Virus record (IMG/VR): IMGVR_UViG_3300005613_000030
Span: 1 to 64,000 of that record
Strand: one strand, 5' to 3'
From: a virus
Length of the DNA stretch: 64,000 bases
A program made the translations under genes and the position numbers. The notes beneath the pieces were generated by a model. It worked only from the letters and a program-made list of their open reading frames with translations, searched no databases and was not told the DNA's origin. The first letter of the stretch is position 1; the number at the start of each line of letters is the position of its first letter. Positions 29,511 to 39,159 of this stretch are shown here, in pieces.

Positions 29511-29881
29511 TGAAATATTTAATTGTATTGTTGCTGTTAATTGGATGTACTGATAATGAAACTGTAATGAATAAATTTGGGACTCTTAAAGAAGAATGTC
29601 AACAACTAGCTAAAAAATTAAATACAGAATATGATATTCATGGAAATTTAGAGCAGTCTAAATGTTGGATAGTTGATACACGAGTGGACTATAGGTATTC
29701 TATTGGCAATATAGATGCTACAATTGGTGCTAGTCGTGCCCTAGAAATACAAGAAAAATTAAAAACCAATATTGAATTTCATAACTGTGTTGAGATAAAA
29801 TGCGCAAAGACATGTGATTCTGAATACACAACACATAAAACATATTCTGAGTGTGCAAAGCAGTTTAATAGGGAGTATTGA
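29510..29881 (+). CDS. Putative lipoprotein
   Basis: MKYLIVLLLLIGC lipobox-like signal. Confidence 0.6.
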   Translation: MKYLIVLLLLIGCTDNETVMNKFGTLKEECQQLAKKLNTEYDIHGNLEQSKCWIVDTRVDYRYSIGNIDATIGASRALEIQEKLKTNIEFHNCVEIKCAKTCDSEYTTHKTYSECAKQFNREY

Positions 29882-29883
29882 TA

Positions 29884-30213
29884 ATGGATAAGCAATTAAT
29901 ACAAGATGTTGTTAATACAATATCACCAGAGTTAACATGGTTATTTATTCAAGGCTTTATGGCATTGTTTATCTTCTCTTTTATGAGAAACCTTTCTACA
30001 GCAGTTGCGAACTATCTTAAACTTCGTTTCTCATTATGGGGTTTGAACACAAAATTAAATATCGAAGGTAAAATCGGATATATACGGGATATTACATTTA
30101 AAGAGGTAATTATCCATGTAAGCAATAAAGAAACTATGTATATACCGATTGATCGTTTTTTGATATTAACTAAGACAGTGTATCATAACGGCTATACAGG
30201 AGAAGATAAATGA
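29884..30213 (+). CDS. Small membrane protein with MscS-like beta domain
   Basis: TM helix, then LNIEGKIGYIRDITFKEVII...MYIP. Confidence 0.55.
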   Translation: MDKQLIQDVVNTISPELTWLFIQGFMALFIFSFMRNLSTAVANYLKLRFSLWGLNTKLNIEGKIGYIRDITFKEVIIHVSNKETMYIPIDRFLILTKTVYHNGYTGEDK

Positions 30214-30530
30214 TATGCAATAGAATCTGTGGAATATTATGTATACTACTAGTGATAGCTGCTTGCACATATGTGTTTATTAAAGGGCCTTCTATATATG
30301 ATAAAGAAACTGTATTCTCTTATGGTCAGAAAGTTAAAGTGATAAAAGGATTTTATAAAGGTTATAACTGTTTCACTGTTCAGCATCAATACACTGATAT
30401 ACGCATATTTACTACTGATAGATATTATTATGCCCTATCAAGCAAAGATAAGAATCTCAATATGATAATGGTATATGGCGATGAATTAGAATTAGAGGTT
30501 GATGGAGAACAATGTGATGCAATACAATAA
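30210..30530 (+). CDS. Hypothetical membrane protein with KOW-like motif
   Basis: N-terminal TM; GQKVKVIKGFYKG. Confidence 0.6.
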   Translation: MICNRICGILCILLVIAACTYVFIKGPSIYDKETVFSYGQKVKVIKGFYKGYNCFTVQHQYTDIRIFTTDRYYYALSSKDKNLNMIMVYGDELELEVDGEQCDAIQ

Positions 30531-31656
30531 GCAATGCATTATTTGTAATAAAGATTTTGTATCGATGAGACGACATGCAAAAACATGCTCAAATATGTGT
30601 CGCAGTAGAGTTCATTCGAAGAAACATCGTAATAAGGTTATCATTAAATTGTGTGGTTATTGTAAAATAGAATTTTCATGCGGTGGACAGACACATGCTA
30701 AAAAATACTGTTCTAAGAAGTGTAGAGATTCTAATAGATATATAGTCGATAAAAATAATCTTCATGAGCAGTTAAAGAAAACAATTAGATGTCGAGTAAA
30801 TGACGCATTAACTGATCGAGCAACTAGTTACTCTGTGGTTAAAAATCTAGGTTGCTCTATTAAGGAATTAAGGACGTATTTAGAATCTAAATTTACAGAA
30901 GGTATGACTTGGGATAATCGGGGATATTACGGCTGGCATATAGATCACATTAAGCCACTAAGTAGTTTTGATTTAACTAACCCTGAAGAGCTTAAGAAAG
31001 CATGCCATTATACCAACTTACAACCATTATGGGCAGAAGATAATTTAAAGAAAGGAAGTCAATGTGAAAGGCAATGCACCAATTGTAAGCAATCTTTTTA
31101 TAGTAAGCAATATAATAAAAAATTTTGTTCTACAGAATGTCAAAAACGCCATTGGAATCTTAACAACAAAGAGCACAAATTAACTCTACAAAGAGAGTGG
31201 AGAAGAAACAACCCAGATAAGGTGTTAAAAGATAGTCAAAGTTTAGGGCACAGTAAAGCAGTTAATAAATGGAAAAATAAAAACATAGAAAAGGTAAGAC
31301 ATTATAATAATGAGTTTCATAAACGGCATCGACAAGAATCACCACAATATCGTATAGCTTGTAATATTAGGAGTCGTGTATCTAAGGTGCTACAAAAGAA
31401 TATAAAAACAGGCTCAGCGATAAGAGATTTAGGCTGCTCTATCTCAGACTTAAAGAAGCATCTAGAATCTCAGTTTACAGAAGGTATGTCCTGGGATAAC
31501 TACGGCTCACATGGTTGGCATATAGATCATGTCAAACCGTTAAGCAGATTCAATTTAAATAATAAAGAACAATTTAAAGAAGCTTGTCATTATAGTAACT
31601 TACAACCATTATGGGCAGAAGATAATTTAAGTAAAGGGGCAAAATATGACGAATAA
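30514..31656 (+). CDS. Tandem double-HNH endonuclease (two WHIDH...NLQPLW modules, each preceded by Cys-rich domains)
   Basis: Two copies of LGCS..L..ES.FTEGM.WDN.G..GWHIDH.KPLS.F...CHY.NLQPLWAEDNL.K. Confidence 0.85.
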   Translation: MMQYNKQCIICNKDFVSMRRHAKTCSNMCRSRVHSKKHRNKVIIKLCGYCKIEFSCGGQTHAKKYCSKKCRDSNRYIVDKNNLHEQLKKTIRCRVNDALTDRATSYSVVKNLGCSIKELRTYLESKFTEGMTWDNRGYYGWHIDHIKPLSSFDLTNPEELKKACHYTNLQPLWAEDNLKKGSQCERQCTNCKQSFYSKQYNKKFCSTECQKRHWNLNNKEHKLTLQREWRRNNPDKVLKDSQSLGHSKAVNKWKNKNIEKVRHYNNEFHKRHRQESPQYRIACNIRSRVSKVLQKNIKTGSAIRDLGCSISDLKKHLESQFTEGMSWDNYGSHGWHIDHVKPLSRFNLNNKEQFKEACHYSNLQPLWAEDNLSKGAKYDE

Positions 31657-32761
31657 ATGGATGTCAAAATTGACAAAAGATTTTGGTACGCTGGCTAGTG
31701 ATTTACATGAGCAACAAAATAAGGACATGGATCCTATTACATTAGATAGTCCATCGTTAAATTGGGCTGTTGGAAATGGTGGTTTTCTACCCGGTAAAGC
31801 AGTAATCTTATATGGTGCTGAAAGTGGTGGTAAGTCGCTTATTGCAATACTTACAATTATTGCTCATCAGAAAGCTAATCCAGATAGTATTCAAATAGTA
31901 TTTGATGCAGAATATAGTTTTTCAACATCATGGTTTAAGAAGTTAGGTGGTAATTTGGATCAGTTGATTGTTAAGCAAACTAATGACCCTGTTAAGATAT
32001 TTGACTTTATGTTTGAAGGCGGAGAATTACATGAGATGCTTCAAGATGGTTGTCCAGTTAACTGCGTAATGATAGATTCAATTAAATCAATTGTATGGCC
32101 GACTGATATAAAAAGTAAATCAACTAATATAACTATGGGTGGATCTGGATCTAAGTTTTTAGGATCAACACTTAAACGAATTCTTCCGGTAATCCGTGAA
32201 TTTAATATTTCTACACTCTTAGTGCAGCAAGTATACGAGGAGCTAGACCAATATAAAGCAATGAATAATCCTTATAAGATTCCCGATGGTCGGAATTTAA
32301 AGCATTTCGCTGACTACATGCTAGAAGTATCTAAGTTAGAAACTAAAGCCGGAAGAATAGAGGTAGGTAAAACTATGACTGGTTCAGCACAGCAAGTTGG
32401 TCATAAAGTTAGAGTGAAAATTAAGAAGAATCGCTGTGGTGCACCATATCGTGTAGCTGAATTTACATTGGATTATACGCAAGGCATTGCAAATACGGGT
32501 GAAGAGTTATTTGAATTAGCAAAATCTTTAGGTGTTATTTATCATCCAATTAATGAAGCAACTGGTAAATCCAATGTTCAAATGTGGCAATTTAGTAATT
32601 ATGATGCTATTCGTGGAGAAGCGAATATAAAGAAATGGGTTGTTGAGCACCCTGAATATCATGCAGAAATAATAACTGCTTGTAACAGTGTCGGAGAAGA
32701 GATTGTAAATGCTAGAAATGAAAACATGGGGATAAATGACGATAAAATCGATCTTGGATAA
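31646..32761 (+). CDS. recA: RecA/UvsX recombinase
   Basis: YGAESGGKS; FDAEY; IDSI; KIKKNR.GAPYR.AEF. Confidence 0.9.
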   Translation: MTNKWMSKLTKDFGTLASDLHEQQNKDMDPITLDSPSLNWAVGNGGFLPGKAVILYGAESGGKSLIAILTIIAHQKANPDSIQIVFDAEYSFSTSWFKKLGGNLDQLIVKQTNDPVKIFDFMFEGGELHEMLQDGCPVNCVMIDSIKSIVWPTDIKSKSTNITMGGSGSKFLGSTLKRILPVIREFNISTLLVQQVYEELDQYKAMNNPYKIPDGRNLKHFADYMLEVSKLETKAGRIEVGKTMTGSAQQVGHKVRVKIKKNRCGAPYRVAEFTLDYTQGIANTGEELFELAKSLGVIYHPINEATGKSNVQMWQFSNYDAIRGEANIKKWVVEHPEYHAEIITACNSVGEEIVNARNENMGINDDKIDLG

Positions 32762-33077
32762 TATTATTGATCAAGCCCTTGATGCATATGAAGAAGGCTT
32801 TATTGCTAAGTGTATTTTGATACATCCAGTGCGATATCGCGAGTTATCACATGAATTACAGAAACGTAGTACGCGTAATAGTGTGCAGCATTGTGCGCCA
32901 CAATATCAAGTTGTCTCACTTACACTACCGATGGGGCAAGTTGAATTAAAACTTGATAAAACAATCCCGCGTGATGGAGATGGTTTTTATATTGAGGGGC
33001 ATAAAAAACACATACTACATAAGATGCATCAGCAGGCTAATAAAATCTTATTAGGAGATATTGAAGATGAGCTTTAA
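32736..33077 (+). CDS. Hypothetical protein
   Basis: Overlapping ORF within the operon. Confidence 0.65.
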   Translation: MTIKSILDNIIDQALDAYEEGFIAKCILIHPVRYRELSHELQKRSTRNSVQHCAPQYQVVSLTLPMGQVELKLDKTIPRDGDGFYIEGHKKHILHKMHQQANKILLGDIEDEL

Positions 33078-33525
33078 ATACCATAAAATAAAGAATTTCT
33101 TATCAATCGCAAAAGCAGTCGCAGAACAATCTCCTGATGCTGAAACTAAAGTTGGAGCAATATTAGTAAAAAATACTACTAATGCAGTTATAGCAACTGG
33201 GTTTAACGGTTTTGTTCGTAAGGCACCGGATAAAAAGCTACCAAAAACTCGTCCTGATAAATATGAATATATGATTCATGCAGAAGTAAATCTAATTTTT
33301 AATTGTGCAAAAGAAGGCATTTCTACGGAAGATACCACTCTAATATGCACTATGAGTCCTTGTGAAAACTGTATGCGCGCATTATGGCAATGCGGTGTAA
33401 CAAGAGTGGTCTGTGATAAACTATACACTGACCATGAAGATAATAAAGGTCTAAAAGATTTAGGATTAAAAGTACATAAACACGATTCATATTATATATT
33501 AGATTTTATTGCTAAGGAGAAATAG
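33067..33525 (+). CDS. dCMP deaminase
   Basis: KVGA; TGFNG; HAEVN; SPCENC. Confidence 0.9.
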   Translation: MSFKYHKIKNFLSIAKAVAEQSPDAETKVGAILVKNTTNAVIATGFNGFVRKAPDKKLPKTRPDKYEYMIHAEVNLIFNCAKEGISTEDTTLICTMSPCENCMRALWQCGVTRVVCDKLYTDHEDNKGLKDLGLKVHKHDSYYILDFIAKEK

Positions 33526-33527
33526 TT

Positions 33528-34517
33528 ATTAAAATATTATTTATAGGTGATCTACATTTAAAGATGAATAGATTTGATCTATCAGTTAATTGCCTCAAAT
33601 GGATAGAAGACATCATTGATCTTCATAATCCTGATATTGTTGTCAATTTAGGTGATACATTTGACGGCCACAGTGTACTTAGATCTGAATTATTATGTGA
33701 ATTTAGAAACCATATACAACGCATAAATAAACCACATTATTATATTCTAGGTAATCATGATTTTTTTAGACCAAAAGACAGTAAGTATCACGCTTTACAA
33801 GTGTTTAAAGATTATCCAGAATTTTATGTTATTGATGAACGTTGTGATATAGATAACATGACAATGGTTCCGTATATCGCAGATCTTAATAATTTTCCCT
33901 TAGACACCAAAGAGATATGTATAGCTCATCAGACTTTTATTGGTGCAGATTATGGATATCATCGTCCAGATGCTGGAGTAAATGCGGATAATGTGTCAGC
34001 TGACATAATCATTAGTGGACACGTGCATAAAAAGCAAGAGTTTGGAAAAGTTATTTACCCAGGTACACCATATGCGTGCGGTGCAAATGATTTAGATATG
34101 ACTAAAGGGTTATTAATATTCGACACTAAGAGTTATGAACAGACTTTCATAGAATCTCCTTTTCCGAAATGGAAATCAATTGAATTCATTATTAGTAATG
34201 AACAAACAATGAGTGACTTACACAGTATATTAAAAGAGACTATAAATGAACAAGATCATTGGATAATAAAAGTTGCTGGCCCTAAAGTTGAAATGTCAGC
34301 TTACTTTAAAAGTGCTCAATATAAGAAAATATCTAAAGGTAAGCATATTACTCTTAAATTAACAGCAACTGATAAAGAGAAAAAACAAGTAAGAATTAAA
34401 GCAGTTTCTACTCCAGATATAATTAAAGAGTACATTGATAAAGTATATAAAGGTACAATTGATAAAAAACAATTAGAATCTAAGGCCTTAGAGATCATTA
34501 CAGGTCAAAACAAGTAA
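33528..34517 (+). CDS. sbcD: SbcD/Mre11 (gp47-like) nuclease, probable ATT start
   Basis: Motif I (ILFIGDLH) lies upstream of the first ATG 33564; also LGDTFD, LGNHD, AHQ, SGHVH, YPGTP. Confidence 0.9.
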   Translation: MKILFIGDLHLKMNRFDLSVNCLKWIEDIIDLHNPDIVVNLGDTFDGHSVLRSELLCEFRNHIQRINKPHYYILGNHDFFRPKDSKYHALQVFKDYPEFYVIDERCDIDNMTMVPYIADLNNFPLDTKEICIAHQTFIGADYGYHRPDAGVNADNVSADIIISGHVHKKQEFGKVIYPGTPYACGANDLDMTKGLLIFDTKSYEQTFIESPFPKWKSIEFIISNEQTMSDLHSILKETINEQDHWIIKVAGPKVEMSAYFKSAQYKKISKGKHITLKLTATDKEKKQVRIKAVSTPDIIKEYIDKVYKGTIDKKQLESKALEIITGQNK

Positions 34518-34560
34518 AATTAGCAATGATTATGGTATAATAGCTATAAGGAGTTCAGCA

Positions 34561-35019
34561 ATGAATGAGTTAGATAGTAAAACACAACAATCAGTTGATC
34601 ATTGTAGATGGCTAATGAATAGCGGTCTTGCAAATGACACTATTAAAAATCAATTGATTACTTATGGTGCAATTACTCATCCTGATATACAAGCGGTTGA
34701 ATTAACAGTGGATTTTGAAAATAAAACAGTATTTTACAGATTGTATATAGATTCTAAACTTCTCAATAAGGTTGATAAATTCAAAGAGTTATCTAAAGCT
34801 ACAAAATTTTGGGGCTTATATAAATTTAAGAGATTACTTAAAAAGGAAGGCAATTTGAATTTTAATAGTATTTTAGATAAATTTATTAAAGACTATTGTG
34901 GATTACAATGGAAAGCTGAGGTTGATATTTTGAATCTTAGTGAATATGATGACAAAGGATACGAGGATAGTAATGAGAGCGTTAACTTCAGTGACGAAAA
35001 AGATAAACCTGTTAACTAA
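34561..35019 (+). CDS. Hypothetical protein
   Basis: TGGTATAAT promoter and AAGGAG SD. Confidence 0.7.
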   Translation: MNELDSKTQQSVDHCRWLMNSGLANDTIKNQLITYGAITHPDIQAVELTVDFENKTVFYRLYIDSKLLNKVDKFKELSKATKFWGLYKFKRLLKKEGNLNFNSILDKFIKDYCGLQWKAEVDILNLSEYDDKGYEDSNESVNFSDEKDKPVN

Positions 35020-35350
35020 TGATGAAGATCTAAGACAGGAACTGTGGCTGTATTATTTAGAGGGAAATCCTTTTGATACACTCTCAGAGCATTTCAATGT
35101 ACTAAAACGACGCATCCCAGAACAGAAATCAATTGATCGAATAGCATATGATCTAATAAAATCCCCTCTTTCAGATAATACAGCTAAAACTCTTCAGTAC
35201 CTTACAGAATTAGAAAAGTCCATAATATTAATGTTATTATTAGATAGAGATCTTAGTGATATCTCAAAAGAAAAAAATATCAGTGAAATAAAAGTACAAC
35301 AAATGGTTAATAATATAAAAAGAAATTCTAACTGGAATAGGATAGAATAA
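34973..35350 (+). CDS. Small ECF-sigma-like / late transcription activator
   Basis: Region-2-like DEDLRQELWL; region-4-like LTELEKSII...LSDISKEKNISEIKVQQ; sits upstream of the packaging genes. Confidence 0.55.
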   Translation: MRALTSVTKKINLLTNDEDLRQELWLYYLEGNPFDTLSEHFNVLKRRIPEQKSIDRIAYDLIKSPLSDNTAKTLQYLTELEKSIILMLLLDRDLSDISKEKNISEIKVQQMVNNIKRNSNWNRIE

Positions 35351-35961
35351 TGGCACTAAAGAAAAAATTCACAGATGAGGAAATAGTTGGATTGACTCAA
35401 GAAGAAATTAAATTAGGGTTAAAGTACTTGAGAAAACATAAAACAGCAGGTGCGGTTCCTGATGTAGAAGCGCTTAAACTATACGAAATGTATCTTATCG
35501 GCTGTACATTTACCGAGATTAGTAAGCAATACCCACAATATGAGTTAGGACAGATTATATTAACTGCTGCAATTCGAAAATGGGGTATGGATCGTGATCG
35601 TATGCAATGTACTTTAAAAGATAGGGTACAGGCTAAAGTTGTTAAATCCGTAATTGAGCAAGTAGACTTTTTAACATCTATGTTAAGTGTCAGCTCTGCT
35701 GAACATATTGAAGCAATGCGAAATTACATAATCAACCCGGATAAGTATCCTAAACCTGATATGAGAATAGCATCAATTAAAGAGTACAAAGATGTAACTG
35801 AAACTTTATATAAAATTGTGTCAGGAGCAACTAGTAATTCTAAGTCTTCACCCATGTTTGGTGCATTAGGTTCAAAGCAACCACAACAAAAAAAGATAGA
35901 AGAAAAGAAAAAAGACTATGATATAGATTTAGATGATATAGAGATCGACAGTGATAAATAA
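35350..35961 (+). CDS. Candidate terminase small subunit
   Basis: Helical with an HTH-like segment; positioned upstream of TerL, separated only by an HNH. Confidence 0.45.
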   Translation: MALKKKFTDEEIVGLTQEEIKLGLKYLRKHKTAGAVPDVEALKLYEMYLIGCTFTEISKQYPQYELGQIILTAAIRKWGMDRDRMQCTLKDRVQAKVVKSVIEQVDFLTSMLSVSSAEHIEAMRNYIINPDKYPKPDMRIASIKEYKDVTETLYKIVSGATSNSKSSPMFGALGSKQPQQKKIEEKKKDYDIDLDDIEIDSDK

Positions 35962-36646
35962 GAAGTTATGTAGTAAGTGTGATAAATTAAAGCAGCTTTG
36001 TGAATTTACAGCTCGTAAAGATGCTAAAGACGGATTACGTGCAGATTGTAAGGTGTGCCGTAATCAACATAACTTAGAATATTATTATAGTGAAAAATCT
36101 AATAGGCATAATTGTTGTAAATGCAATACTGATCTTAATCTAGATACACAGCGCGTGCATAAAACATTGTGTCAGTCATGTTATAGAAAACAAGAAAGAG
36201 CTATAGTGAGTCAAAGAAGAGACAAAACTTGTATAGACTGCAAGTCGAGTTCATCTACTAAGTGGTATAATGGACCAACTTGTAGAAAATGCTATCGTGC
36301 ATCTAATTATGCTAAGCACCGTGAAAAAACAAGTGAAGTATATAGGAACAAACGAATTAAAAATAATTTACGGACAAGATTAAATATGGCAATTAAGAAT
36401 AATCAAAAAGTAGGCTCAGCAGTTAAAGATTTAGGTTGTTCAGTTGAAGAATTAAAGGCTTATTTAGAATCTAAATTTACAAAAGATATGACTTGGGATG
36501 ACTATGGTAAATGGCATATAGACCACATTAAACCGCTAAGTAGTTTTGATTTAAGTAATCCTGAAGAACTAAAGAAAGCATGTCATTATAGTAACTTACA
36601 ACCACTATGGGCTAAAGATAACTTAAAGAAAAGTAATAAATATTGA
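35951..36646 (+). CDS. HNH endonuclease (WHIDH/NLQPLW family) with multiple CxxC pairs
   Basis: Conserved C-terminal module. Confidence 0.85.
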   Translation: MINKKLCSKCDKLKQLCEFTARKDAKDGLRADCKVCRNQHNLEYYYSEKSNRHNCCKCNTDLNLDTQRVHKTLCQSCYRKQERAIVSQRRDKTCIDCKSSSSTKWYNGPTCRKCYRASNYAKHREKTSEVYRNKRIKNNLRTRLNMAIKNNQKVGSAVKDLGCSVEELKAYLESKFTKDMTWDDYGKWHIDHIKPLSSFDLSNPEELKKACHYSNLQPLWAKDNLKKSNKY

Positions 36647-36653
36647 GACCAAT

Positions 36654-38603
36654 ATGCAAAAAAAAGTAACAAAATCTACTAAAAAGAAGAAAAAGACCTT
36701 AAAGGATCTATCGATTGCACAGCGTGAAAAGCTTTTTTTTAAGAAATGTAAAACTAAACAGGAATTAAGTCGATGGATTAAGACTTTTCTCGGTTTATAT
36801 ATGCCAGATGAAGTAGTATCTAGGTTTGCTGATTGTTCTCCATTAGATATGATATGGGAATTGTATGATATATGTGTCAATTGTAGTAATCCAGACAATA
36901 TCATGGAAATATTGTTTGTTGCTGGTAGAGGATCAGGTAAAACATTAGGGTGCGCAATAGCAGAATTTATGATATTAATGCATGACCGCAGAGATGCAGT
37001 ACACGTTGGAGCAGTTATGGCACAGGCTAAGCGTTGCTATGATTATCAGGTCAAATTCATGTTAAACGCAAATGTTAAATCGATAATAGATAATAGAGAT
37101 AAACACGAAAGCGATAGAATAATACAAAAAATGAATATGGAGAAATCTATATTTAATTTTGATGGAGAGCAAGTTTCGCTAGAAATTTTACCATGTACAT
37201 TAAAGGCATTAAATGGTCCGCACGTACCATTAGTAACTATTGACGAAATTGACACTGTTTCAGGTGAAGGACTAAAAGCTTTTCGTGAAATTTCTGGTAT
37301 GCTAGATTCTAAAGGTGGAAAAAGAGCACTTAGAGTTGGTATTTCTACGAGAAAATCTAGATATGGATTAATGAATAAACAGATTGAAAACGCAGAAGAA
37401 GAGGGAAGAACTGTTCGCCGATGGACTGCATTAGAGTTCTCACAAAGATGTCCAGATTCTAGATCGGGAACAACACCCACAGTTGCATATACTATGTTAG
37501 AAGATATGGAAATGATATCAGCTGAAGAATATAAGCGTAAAAATGCAAAGAAAAAACGAGAATATACGCAGGTAACTTTACCTGGAGAGAATTGTCTTAC
37601 TTGTCCAGCTGCAGCTATATGTTTAGGTGATGCAAAAAAGCAGAAATCAAAATCGTGGATGCTTAAACCAATTGATGAGTATATACAGAAAGTTCGCTCA
37701 GAAGGTGCAGATTGGGCATTATCTCAATTAATGAACTTAAAGCCGTCATTAGAGGGCGTTATCTATAAAGAATTCGATCCTAGAATTCACGTTAAAACTT
37801 GGAACGAGATGTGGCTTCGTTTAGTAGGTAAAGAGTTTCCAGGTGAATGTACTCATGATATCTTTGTTAAGAAATGCCATCAATTAAAAATACCTTGTTA
37901 CGGTGGAATTGACTGGGGATGGAGTAAACCATCTACTATTACTTACGCTTTTATTGATAAACGAGATAATGTTTATGTTGTTAAAACAGATGGTATGACT
38001 TTTGTTTCAGATCCAGAATGGATCCATTATATAAAGCATAAATATCATAATATATATCGTCCACAACTATACTTCCCTGATCAAGCTAGTCAAGGATCTG
38101 TTATTGAGATGAGAAAAGCTGGTCTACTGTCACACTGTGATCCACATAAACCAGATGTAAATCCTGGGATACAAGTTATAAAGAAGTTGCTCCGTGTTCC
38201 TGGTTCAGCTGATACAAAGATTGTCTTAGCGAAAGAAACATGTCAATCATTAATTAACGAATTTGGCTTATATCACTTTAAGACATCAGCTGATGGAACT
38301 ATATCTAACATGATTGATACAGAGAATGATCACTGGCTCGATGGATTACGCTATATACTACATGAATTATTAGGTAAAGCACAGTTTTTATATACTGGTG
38401 AAGCATATTCAGGCGATAATAAAGTAACAGATCAAGATGGTAATTTTTATCATGCACCAAATGCCGAAGAATATGCAAAAGTGATGGGTATTCAAGTAAA
38501 CATTAATGAAGAGGATATATCTAAATTAGGTAAAATTGGTACCTTAAACGACTTAGATGATGATGACGATGACGATGGTAGTGGTATGTTATGGAATTTT
38601 TAA
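36654..38603 (+). CDS. terL: Terminase large subunit
   Basis: AGRGSGKT; TIDEID; ISTR; GGIDWGW; NDHWLDGLRY. Confidence 0.9.
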   Translation: MQKKVTKSTKKKKKTLKDLSIAQREKLFFKKCKTKQELSRWIKTFLGLYMPDEVVSRFADCSPLDMIWELYDICVNCSNPDNIMEILFVAGRGSGKTLGCAIAEFMILMHDRRDAVHVGAVMAQAKRCYDYQVKFMLNANVKSIIDNRDKHESDRIIQKMNMEKSIFNFDGEQVSLEILPCTLKALNGPHVPLVTIDEIDTVSGEGLKAFREISGMLDSKGGKRALRVGISTRKSRYGLMNKQIENAEEEGRTVRRWTALEFSQRCPDSRSGTTPTVAYTMLEDMEMISAEEYKRKNAKKKREYTQVTLPGENCLTCPAAAICLGDAKKQKSKSWMLKPIDEYIQKVRSEGADWALSQLMNLKPSLEGVIYKEFDPRIHVKTWNEMWLRLVGKEFPGECTHDIFVKKCHQLKIPCYGGIDWGWSKPSTITYAFIDKRDNVYVVKTDGMTFVSDPEWIHYIKHKYHNIYRPQLYFPDQASQGSVIEMRKAGLLSHCDPHKPDVNPGIQVIKKLLRVPGSADTKIVLAKETCQSLINEFGLYHFKTSADGTISNMIDTENDHWLDGLRYILHELLGKAQFLYTGEAYSGDNKVTDQDGNFYHAPNAEEYAKVMGIQVNINEEDISKLGKIGTLNDLDDDDDDDGSGMLWNF

Positions 38604-39125
38604 ATGCTTAATAAAGTATGTATAATGTGTGGTAATTTATTTAATGGATATGGTAGCAGTAATACTTGTTCATTGACCTGTAAAGACACACGTAGAAAAC
38701 ATAAACGATTGCTAGCACAGCGTGCATGGAGAAAAGCTAATCGCGATAGAGATCGCAATAATTACAGGATATGGGAGCGTAAACAGTTAATCAACAACAT
38801 ACAGTATAAAATAATCAGTAGATTACGGATTAGATTATGTAAGGCTATAGAGATACATCAAAAAGGCGGTTCAGCAGTTAAAGATTTAGGTTGTTCAGTT
38901 AATAAATTAAAAATCCATTTACAACTTAAGTTTTATAGACGACATAAGAATGGTGAAATCATGTCTTGGGATAACTATGGCTTACACGGCTGGCATATAG
39001 ACCACATTAAACCGCTAAGTAGTTTTGATTTAAGTAATCCTGAAGAACTGAAGAAAGCTTGTCATTATAGTAACTTACAACCACTATGGGCAGAAGATAA
39101 TTTAAAGAAAAGTAATAAAGTATAA
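38604..39125 (+). CDS. HNH endonuclease (WHIDH/NLQPLW family)
   Basis: Conserved C-terminal module. Confidence 0.85.
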   Translation: MLNKVCIMCGNLFNGYGSSNTCSLTCKDTRRKHKRLLAQRAWRKANRDRDRNNYRIWERKQLINNIQYKIISRLRIRLCKAIEIHQKGGSAVKDLGCSVNKLKIHLQLKFYRRHKNGEIMSWDNYGLHGWHIDHIKPLSSFDLSNPEELKKACHYSNLQPLWAEDNLKKSNKV

Positions 39126-39159
39126 TAAATAAAGAAAATATATATAAGAGGGAGTACTT

